NCBI GenBank assembly: GCA_013239625.1
Contig: MU053783.1
Coordinates: 1-62,889 of the forward strand
Origin: Lama guanicoe
Lineage: Eukaryota
Length of the DNA: 62,889 nt
Reading direction: 5' to 3'
Below, in pieces: positions 54,654 to 62,889 of this stretch. Within the stretch, counting starts at the first letter, position 1. Each line of letters opens with the position of its first letter. The notes beneath the pieces were generated by a model. That model saw only the letters and a program-made list of their open reading frames with translations. It searched no databases and was not told where the DNA came from. Position numbers and translations under genes: made by a program.

Positions 54654-56365
54654 AGTCCCCACTGTCAATGTCCATTCCACAATCTTGTGGAAAAAGGGGT
54701 GATGACTATTCTGGCTACTTCCTTCTGAACAGGAGTAAGGAGGGGGTGATCATGGGATGGAGTTGATCAGCCTTGGAAAGAAAATATTCCTTAGAATCTT
54801 TAGTCACTAGTGAAATCTTCTTTGCTTCTTCATCTACAACTACTTGAACCTGATAAAACCACTTAGTACTTTGTTTAACTTGGGGTTTTGGTTCCAGTTC
54901 CCAATACAAATCTATTAATTTTACCTTTCTGACTGTGCCATAATTACAATAGATTCCTCTGTTATTTATTTGGAAAAGGTTAAATGAATAGTTTAACCCT
55001 TTTCCAGCTATAAAAAAATTATTTAAGGAGGACATTACCACTCTGGTGGGTTTTTTTTGCTGGGGTGAGATATGGGTCTGCCCATCCTGAAAAAGACTCC
55101 ACAAACACTAGCAGGTACATGAAACTTCCTGCAGCTTGAGGCATTTGAGCCCTCTGTGGGGCAGGTTCCTCTGTGTTGAGTCCCCATTGTGGGAGGTCTG
55201 ACAGCAATCTTTAGGTTATTTTTAGCACAAATCATGCAATTCTGGGTCATTTGCTGAAAGATTTTTTTATAGGTTAGGCCCCTCTTCCATAATTTTGATA
55301 CCATTACAAGGTGGCATCTCTCCCATAATGAGTACTATTATGAATGCGCCATAGTATAGTTTCCAGAAATGTCTCAGGGATCAAGACAATTCCTTGTGCA
55401 CTACATGGCCAGCCAGGCAAGGCGTGATCAAGAGTGAAACCCCACTCTTTGGCCTTCTCTGTCCTTTTTCTGAATATGCTGCCTTACATTTTGACAGGTC
55501 ATTCTGTGGGAGAAGGGATTCTAACATAGCTTGATAGTTGCCTTAGCAAATCACCCACATGTTGGAGTAAAATCCATCGTACAATATTAAGTTTCTTAGG
55601 TTCCCTAGCCAACATTTCCCTAAAAAGGATAGGGAACTTCTTAAATTCTTGAGGTAGGGCTGTCCAGCAATCCTGTTGGACTACTTGTGTTTTGGGGTCC
55701 TGCCACTCAGAAGCAAATAAGAATGCAGGAAAAAAAGATCTTTCTAGTCCCAAACTGAGAACCAGCCGTGTTCTACTGGAATAGTTGTGAGCAGGGTGGA
55801 AGGATGAGGCACCACAGGGTGTAAGTCTTGGACCACTTCATCAACAGCCCTCAAGTCTTGGACAAAGTGATACTCTGCAGAGTTTGGTTTTCTGACTGGG
55901 AGAATAGGGATGTTGTAGGGGGACCTGCAGGTTGAATCAGTCTTGTTTTTGAAAACTTTTCTAGAATTGGCTGAATTCCCTTTTGGACCTCTTGCCTCTG
56001 ACGATATTGATTTATATTGGGTGTCCAACCCTCCCTTTTTAGTGGGATCTGCACTGGCCATGTGGTTTTGGCTTTCCCAGGGGTTCTGTCAGCCTACACT
56101 TCTGGACTTACCCTGTCATACACCCCAAGGGGAAAGAGCTCTGTCTCCTCCTCTGGGGCTTTCATGAGTGCCATCTGTGGACTTAAAGCACGTTCTGGTG
56201 GAACTGTGATGTTAAGCTGTTCTGGTGAAAATGTTACTTAAGCATTTTATTTACAAAGGAGCTCTCGGCCCAGAGAGGGACTGGATATTCTGGCACATAT
56301 TAGAAACTATGATTCAGGGTGAGGTCTCCTTGTTGGCATTCTGGAGGTTGTTAAGAATGAACAAT
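54654..56365 (-). mobile_element. Internally deleted class I ERV: protease C-terminus, RT and integrase remnants
   Basis: PR: HSF*YVPEYPVPL.GRELLCK (~56230-56340). RT: CRSPYNIPILPVRKPNSAEYHFVQDLRAV...HPVVPHPSTLL and LFASEWQDP...WTALPQEFK...LLQHVGDLL (degenerate YVDD). IN: CMICAKNN and YLLVFVESFSGW. Many stops and frameshifts; no RNase H, env, gag or 5' LTR seen. Confidence 0.9.
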
Positions 56366-57350
56366 TTTGTAATTCTCAATAGAATAGTATATGTACTTAC
56401 AACTTTATACTGTGAACTTAATTGTTTAATATCTACCTTCATGCATGGAAGAGTTTTTATGTTATTATAAAGTATACTTTAATAAGTGTGATAAAGGAGA
56501 ATTACATGATGTTAAGGAATTATGTTAATGTAATGGGCTTTATGAATTCACAAATTAGCTAAGCACTGAGAGTGATTGGAATTAGATAGGCAAGTCTCTT
56601 GAGGGGAGTAGGGGATTGATGTGTAAAAGATTATTTCTAAGAGTGAGAATAGCATGTGTATGCCCCTGTAGCATGAGGGAACATAGTTAAGTACGAGGAT
56701 TGTCAGAAGTATATCTATGATAATGATCCTGAAGGTGAACAAGGAGTGATTTGAGGCTACTAACAAGGGTAAGGCCAAATATGTAACAGTCAGCATATTA
56801 TAGCAGGCTGTCCAGCGAGCCGGCCCTCCGCAGGCGCCACGGGGTGGGCAAGCTCCCCGCGGGGGTCTCGGGCTCCAAGCCCACTGCCCCGCCTCCCTGC
56901 CACATGCTATGCATCGTCCGGGGACGCCACTCGCCGAGAGAGACCCTCAAACACAAGTCACCCGCCCTCCCCACCCTCCTCGCCTTGCCTTGCAACCCCG
57001 CCCCAGAACCGCCCTCCCGATCCCCGTGCAGTAACCCCCGCCCCTCGCCGGGAAGAACTGGCAGTGACTCCAGCAGCCTTGGCGGCTCTTTGAGCCCAAG
57101 GAGCAAGCGAGGCAGCCATTGGCGGAGGCCGCTGCCTCCGGCTGTGAATCCCGTGGCCCCGCCCCGCCCCACCGGCTGAGCCTGGCAGGACAGGGCCGCG
57201 GGGACAGTCGGGACGCCTCCAAGATGGCGGGGCGCTTGGGGTCCGCACCTGCTGGCGGCCCCGAGCCCCGTTCACTGCCACCACTGCTGATCGGAGCCGC
57301 TGGTCGGCCTGGCGAGTCTGGGGGCTGTCCCCGCGTGGCAGGAGGCCGCC

Positions 57351-57803
57351 ATGGCGACCCTGGAAAAGCTGACGAAGGCCATCGAGTCCCTCAAGTACTT
57401 CCAGCAGCCTCAACCGCCACAGCAGCCCGCCCAGCCCCCTCAGCCGGCACCGCAGCTGCCGCCGCCTCGGCCCCCTCAGCCGGTACCGCCTCTGCTGCCT
57501 GCTCAGACTCCTCAGTCGGGACCGCAGCCGCCGCCGCTTCAGCCCTTTCAGCCAGCACCACAGCCGCCGCCTCCTCGGCCCCTTCAGCCGACACCGCAGC
57601 CTCAACCGCCACCGCTGGCCGCCCAGCCCCTCAGCCGGCACAGCCGCCTCAGCCGGTACCGCAGCCGCTGCCGCCTCAGCCCCTTCAGCCGGCACCGCAG
57701 CCTCTACCGCCACTGCCGCCCGCCCAGCCCCCTCAGCCGGCACCGCCGCCTCAACCGCCACCGCCACCCTCCCAGCTGTGTGTCACTAGCCGCTGCACAG
57801 ACG
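57351..57803 (+). pseudogene. HTT: Huntingtin exon 1-like paralogous copy (divergent N17, Pro/Gln-rich minisatellite, degenerate exon end)
   Basis: gccgccATGGCGACCCTGGAAAAGCTG...; MATLEKLTKAIESLKYFQQPQPP matches HTT N17 at 14/17 residues. The 5'UTR matches HTT. The exon end GCTGTG..TAGCCGCTGCACAGACG|gt corresponds to GCTGTG..GAGCCGCTGCACCGACC|gt. One 1-nt deletion near 57630, a second near 57770, and TAG at 57787-57789 in the ancestral frame. Confidence 0.9.
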
Positions 57804-57950
57804 GTGGTCCCTGCGGGCCCCTCCCCAACCCTGCGCGGTCTCCATCCCTCCCTCGGCCTCCCACGAAGGCCCCGGAGGCGGTCCGGGCCCCACGCCTCTG
57901 CTTTCCCGGCTACGAAACTTGGGAAGGAACGGGGCTGTGTTGTGATCTGA
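57351..57950 (+). CDS. Possible single-exon 199-aa HTT-N17/Pro-rich protein (as assembled, frameshifted after ~57630)
   Basis: Open frame from a perfect Kozak ATG. No expression evidence, and GC-rich repeats stay open by chance. Confidence 0.3.
   Translation: MATLEKLTKAIESLKYFQQPQPPQQPAQPPQPAPQLPPPRPPQPVPPLLPAQTPQSGPQPPPLQPFQPAPQPPPPRPLQPTPQPQPPPLAAQPLSRHSRLSRYRSRCRLSPFSRHRSLYRHCRPPSPLSRHRRLNRHRHPPSCVSLAAAQTVVPAGPSPTLRGLHPSLGLPRRPRRRSGPHASAFPATKLGKERGCVVI
57402..57775 (+). repeat. Degenerate 36/48-bp minisatellite encoding (QPPQPAPQPPPP)n
   Basis: The anchor CCC CYT CAG CCG RCA CCG recurs at 57435, 57471, 57507, 57543, 57579, 57627, 57644, 57680 and 57728. Confidence 0.9.
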
Positions 57951-59178
57951 GGCCGCGCGTCCCGTTCGGCTTCCTCTGGGCCACTCCCCACCCCTCTCCT
58001 CTTCCGGGCCAGGTGTAACATTTTGTCTTCCCTTTTCAACTGACTGTTTAAAACAGTGTTTCAGATAACTGTCAAAACACTGTATATGCAAAATACTAGG
58101 TTAACTTAAGGGAAGGAGTAGGAAAGAAGGGGGAAAGGAGCGAAGTTCACCGGTCACTTCTGTGGGGGTGGGTTAGGTGGTCACAGTGGTGAACGCGTAA
58201 CTGCTACATGGCCCCGTCCGCTTACCATCATAGTCGTTACTGTTACTAACCCCGGACAGCCCTGGTATTAAGGAGGCATGACCACAGAACATGTGCTCTT
58301 TGAGCTTAATTTTACACAAACAGTAAGATTTCCACGGAATCAAGACAGGCAGTAAACTCCAGCTGCAGGGGACAGCTTGTGCAGGGCTGGGAAACAGCAT
58401 GGCATGATCAGAACTTTAGTTTGACTGGCTTGAAATTTAGAGGGAAAGGGAAACTTCACACTGATGAATCAGAGAGGAGATAGCTGTTTTTTATTAAACT
58501 AAAATGGTTGAATGAGCCTTGTTGGTTAATGATTTGCCTTAGCAATGTGAATTTGGATTCTGCAAGTATTTTATAAGTTCTGTAAGAAGCTTGTTTTAAA
58601 ATTTCAGAACTCTTAAGGTATTAGAAGTTNNNNNNNNNNNNNNNNNNNNNNNNNNNNNNNNNNNNNNNNNNNNNNNNNNNNNNNNNNNNNNNNNNNNNNN
58701 NNNNNNNNNNNNNNNNNNNNNNNNNNNNNNNNNNNNNNNNNNNNNNNNNNNNNNNNNNNNNNNNNNNNNNNNNNNNNNNNNNNNNNNNNNNNNNNNNNNN
58801 NNNNNNNNNNNNNNNNNNNNNNNNNNNNNNNNNNNNNNNNNNNNNNNNNTTTTATGTTGAGAAAAAAATTTTGGATTTTAAAAAAAACCCAAAAAAGGGC
58901 TATGAGGGGGAGAAAAAACAAAAAACTGATTTTTTTTTTTAATTCACCGTAAGGTGCATTCTTAAATACATAGGAGAGAACTGTCATGATTTGCGCAACT
59001 CGCTTGCAAATAGTTCAACAGTATTAACAATGATTGAATTTAGGTGGTGGGCATATGGGAATTTATCATCCTATTAAACAGTTTTCTGTACTTCTGAGAC
59101 TTATGATAAAACATTGGAAGGAGTCTGTTAGACATAATGCTCTATGTGAAGTAATTTGTTCCCTTTGTGAAATTCTAG

Positions 59179-59264
59179 GAAGGTTAAAATGCATGTTCAT
59201 AACATCAAGAAAATCACAAGCATTTATGATGTAATCAGAACTACCTGAGGATCTGTGAAACTTG
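59179..59264 (+). pseudogene. NAALAD2: NAALAD2-like exon (~exon 9)
   Basis: ag|G AAG GTT AAA ATG CAT...CTT G|gtgagt. KVKMHVHNIKKITSIYDVIRTT*GSVKL versus [28 protein letters not shown]. TGA at 59246-59248. Confidence 0.9.
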
Positions 59265-59545
59265 GTGAGTTGGTGAATTTTTTAAAATGTCTTAAAACAT
59301 TTTGTTTTTACAAAGATTACAGGAGTAAGAGAAGGTAAATCTTAATCAACTCTTAATATTTTTTTCCTGGTTGATGTGATATAATTAAATGTGGGGAAAA
59401 AAAGGTAAATTCTAAAAGGAGACACTACCTTGATGGTTTTCTATGGAGGAAACTCAAGCAGGAGGAAGTTTAATTTAAAAACATAAATTACTGCTCTTTA
59501 TAATACATTCTAAGTTGTCATTCTTTTGAATGCCTTCCTTTCCAG

Positions 59546-59665
59546 ACAGATGTGTTATTCTGGGAGATCATCAGGACTTCTGGGTATTTGGAGGTATTGA
59601 CCTAACCAGTGGAACTGCTGATTTATAAGAAGTTGTCCAGAATTTTGGAAAACTGATTAGTAGAG
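59546..59665 (+). pseudogene. NAALAD2: NAALAD2-like exon (~exon 10)
   Basis: ttccag|...|gtaaat. [40 protein letters not shown] versus [41 protein letters not shown]. TAA at 59626-59628. Confidence 0.92.
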
Positions 59666-59770
59666 GTAAATAATGTTTCCATGGCAAGTGATGACAGAAA
59701 GTGACTTCAGTGAATTTTCCTTTGTTTTTAGGCAGATGTACCTAACCATGTATGTTAACAATGATTTCAA

Positions 59771-59852
59771 GCTGGAGACTGAGAAGAACAGAACTGCCAT
59801 CCAGCTGGGATGCAGAAAAATTTGGACTTCTGGGTTCCACAAATGGGCTGAG
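59771..59852 (+). pseudogene. NAALAD2: NAALAD2-like exon (~exon 11)
   Basis: GWRLRRTELPSSWDAEKFGLLGST-(1-nt deletion)-WAE|gtaact versus [28 protein letters not shown]. The acceptor is damaged or shifted by one base. Confidence 0.9.
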
Positions 59853-62011
59853 GTAACTAAGACAGTAAACATATCTTCTTGGTCAACATGTATCTCAGGG
59901 TAATCACAGAACAGATCCATTACCTGATACTGTTTTAAATTGGATAAAAACAAGAAAATTTAAGAAATAGAGTTTGTTTTTGCTTTTACATCAGTTTGGC
60001 AAAACAGAACAACCTCTTAATTACTAAGCACAAACCAATTTTTTCATTATTTTTAAAATATTTTAGTTTCTATTTATATTGGTTTTGTGATAAGTAAGTA
60101 AAATCTGTAAGCTCAGAAAATAGTCAAACCTAGGAAGCTACTTCTGACAAGTGAATTAGCCTATTGAAAATCTGATTTAGATCCTTGGCATTAATTTTCA
60201 AGTTTTTACAGTTTCCTTGGATTTCTTCTATCCAGGAAAACAACATGCTCTTTTTAGATGACTATACTCTGATTATAGTCTCTCCTTTATGGATTCAACA
60301 CTAAATTGTAACCATAGGTATATTTTACCATTTACAAAAGTGCCTGGTTGGGAAGTGTAATACAATGATTTTGTAAATTGAATTACTCTAAAATTTCAAG
60401 GATTTATTTTTAATTCAATTATGATTAATTTTCATTTGTCACTGGCTCTTAATGCTTTATTTTAAAGTGTCTCTCATAGACCCCCTTCTTTCATCTTCTT
60501 CCCTTATGCTCTCTGTCCAGTAACTCTAAGTTCTTACATGTTCAAGGTAGGCTTGTGTATTTTTTTAAAGGCAGGCGCACCAAAAAGCACTTTCCTGTGA
60601 CTATCCTCTGTTTTGTTCATTTATGAGTCCAAATTTTATAGAATTGATTTAAAGAATGTCATATCTTTCTTATTATTGTGAATGGTTTTTAAAATGCTTT
60701 CCTTCTGACTCATTTCTGCATACTTTAAAATAATAATATGAATCAAATAAGTATGGGAATAAAATCACATTTACTTGTATCACATTTGATTCCATTTATA
60801 TGGCAAAGTCTTATTATTATGTTGTTGTTATGAACATGCATTTCATAATACACTTATTTAGATGAATCAGAGCTTATTCATTAAGGTCATTTACTTTTAG
60901 AAATATGTAATTTCTTGTGAACACATGTATATAGAAATACATGTGTCTTTTTATAATTTAAGCAGCTTAAAATACAGATAAAATAAATCCAAGATACAAG
61001 ATAATATGCCTTGCATTAATTTAAATTCATGTGAGTTAAAAGACAATTTGAATATTGTTTCCCATTTTCTACTAGCTTCTTGATCATATTCAGCAGCACA
61101 TTTACCTTTACATATAATTAAGGAATCTTTTTTATTTCTACTGTAGCTCTGTCATAATGGATACTCTGCCGCAGAATCAGCTGTCATCTATCCCATGTGG
61201 TCAAGTGCAGAGGTGAGAATTCTCATTTGTGGGATGACCACTCACAGCTTTAAATGTTTTTACTGTAACTGCTTTTATAAGGTAGCAAGCTAGAGAGAGA
61301 GAGAGAAACAGAGAGAAGAAAAGAGTTCTCTCTGCATATTCCCATGTTGTGTGATGGCATTAGTCTTCTTCTGCTGTATTTTTCTAGAATGTGTGTGCGT
61401 GTGTGCATGTATGTGTGAGAAATGTCTTGTCTTTGTCCTAATAGCCACTCTTCTCTCCCTCGAGTTTTTTTCTCTATCCTCCCCTCCTATATTTTTCTTT
61501 TTCATCAATATCTTCTCTTTCAAAAAATTCTTGATAAATCAAATTTCCAACTTCCTCACTTTTAATATGGTAAAGTTACTTGGATCCCCAACATCAAGGG
61601 ATCTCATACTTTAATGTCTGTAAGGATTTCCAGAGACACCTTTTAAAAATACAGATTTCCAGGCCTTACTTTGAGCAGTCCTCTTCCAGTAGATCCAGGG
61701 TGAGGCTGAGCATCTCCGAGCCTTCCCCCTTCATATTATGGTGCAGGGGATCAGGGGCAGTTTTCCTCTGGGTCTCCCTGCTGTTGCTATGAACAGTGGC
61801 TACAGCATCACTAATATTTTTCTTTCTTGTTTTAATTGCATTAATATTATCAACCAGTTAATAGCATTTTCTTAAAATTATGGTCAAAAGCATAGGTGTT
61901 TGATTTATAATGGTATCTGCAAACCACTCTTTTACTGAATTAATTTGTTTTGCTTGTATTTCCAAAATTGTAAATGCTGTGAGTTAAATGACTGCTTTGC
62001 TTCAACTACAG

Positions 62012-62075
62012 GAGAATGTGAAAACACTCCAGGAGAGAGAGGTTGCATATATCAATGCAGACTCATACACAGAAG
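62012..62075 (+). pseudogene. NAALAD2: NAALAD2-like exon (~exon 12)
   Basis: ctacag|GAG AAT GTG AAA...GAA G|gtaaat. ENVKTLQEREVAYINADSYTEG versus [22 protein letters not shown]. Confidence 0.92.
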
Positions 62076-62889
62076 GTAAATTTTATTTCAGATTGTCATT
62101 AAATAGTATACCAGTATTTAAGTCTATCAACTCCTACCCATAAACTAGGATTATCCTCTTTCTATGAGATGCCTCAATAATACCTCCATTTCTCCATTTT
62201 ACCAGAGAGAACATTATTATGATTCAAATGAATCAATATGATTCATAACTAAGCTATTGATCCTAATTTCTTTAGTCTATTTACCATTTGCCTATCTTGG
62301 ATTACTACTTAAAACTTTAGTACTTTTGACATTCTTCCTGTGGAGCTATTTTTAAAATTTGGGCTAAAATATTTCATGCAGAAATAGTTCCTGTATGTAT
62401 CGGAACAACTCTGAAATAAGCACCCACTACAGACTTCCTTTTGACCCTGACATGTGGCATGTGCATCTGTAGGCTTTCATCGTATTATGGTTATTTCTAG
62501 GTAAGTGTCACAGGACACATGTTAGTTACTGACATGCTCTAGTCTAAAGTCTTGATATTGAATTGAATGAATGAATAAAAACATGAACATTATGGCCTTA
62601 CCACTTCCTTTGCCAAAGACCCCTAGGTACTGCTGCCGTAATGAGCAATGACCCTTACTATTACTGCAGGAGCTGCAGCCTTAGCAGCAGAGTCTGCCTC
62701 TGCAGTCTCCTATCCTGAGTGTGCGCTGCAGCCTCTTTGGCTCCTGAAGAGTTATTTCCACCTTGCGTTTTAGTTTTAGCCAGACTGTCTGCCTGTCTAT
62801 TTATCTCCCTACCTATCTATTCTAAAATTTTATTTATTTATTTTTACTGAAGTACATTTGATTTGTAATATTAGTTTCAGGTGTACAGC

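Larger units (their letters stand above)
56803..58015 (+). promoter_or_regulatory. CpG island homologous to the HTT promoter, exon 1 and probably the start of intron 1
   Basis: Abrupt AT-to-GC switch at ~56803 with dense CpG. gcagccattggc...ggctgtgaatc...gtggccccgcccc mirrors the recalled human HTT proximal promoter. Inverted CCAAT at 57118-57122, GC boxes at 57155-57170, YY1-type CAAGATGGCGG at 57220-57230. Confidence 0.85.
59179..62075 (+). pseudogene. NAALAD2: Unprocessed NAALAD2 (glutamate carboxypeptidase III, M28 family)-like pseudogene fragment; four exons in the window, probably continuing beyond it
   Basis: Four collinear exons of 86, 120, ~82 and 64 nt with GT-AG introns (one acceptor damaged). 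They match NAALAD2 from RKVRMHV... to ...[10 protein letters not shown], with two stops and a frameshift. Confidence 0.9.

Noticed and set aside
56521..56800. Possible NUMT (hydrophobic minus-strand ORF, mtDNA-like strand skew)
   Set aside because: I could not align it convincingly to any mitochondrial gene; left unassigned.
56958..57767. 269-aa minus-strand Ala/Arg-rich ORF and the other overlapping ORFs at 56798-58091
   Set aside because: Expected by-products of a GC-rich CAG/CCG repeat that lacks stop codons; no independent support.
57402..57775. CRISPR-like array (36-bp periodicity)
   Set aside because: Eukaryotic DNA with contiguous degenerate units and no unique spacers; it is a minisatellite.
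57351..57803. This being the functional HTT gene
   Set aside because: Three N17 substitutions, indels, TAG in the ancestral frame, a degraded donor and NAALAD2-like exons just downstream.

Overview
Mammalian genomic DNA, AT-rich and repeat-dense, most likely camelid (Vic-1-type tRNA SINEs and camelid-type L1 3' ends; inference from recalled repeat sequences). There are three assembly gaps (31984-32427, 40347-40435, 58630-58849). In the first ~54 kb I recognise no intact gene, only L1 fragments of several ages, solo LTRs, MaLR/MIR remnants, a Tigger-type MITE and microsatellites. The interesting part is a mosaic at 54.2-62.1 kb. (i) A minus-strand class I ERV remnant (3' LTR, IN, RT, part of PR) that lacks its 5' half. 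(ii) An abruptly starting CpG island that is a genomic, non-processed copy of the huntingtin (HTT) promoter, 5'UTR and exon 1. It has a mutated N17 (MATLEKLTKAIESLKYF), essentially no polyQ, and a Pro/Gln region expanded as a 36/48-bp minisatellite. (iii) About 1.4 kb downstream of that exon, on the same strand and across a gap, four spliceosomal exons of a disabled NAALAD2 (GCPIII)-like gene whose 5' exons I could not find in the window. The ancestral HTT exon 1 donor phase matches the first NAALAD2-like acceptor, so this may be a relic HTT::NAALAD2 chimeric gene or a single-exon HTT-exon-1-like gene. Secondary findings are a probable gene-conversion tract between two L1 copies 32 kb apart and an L1 insertion that carries a foreign 5' segment. 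All homology calls come from recalled sequences; no database search was run.
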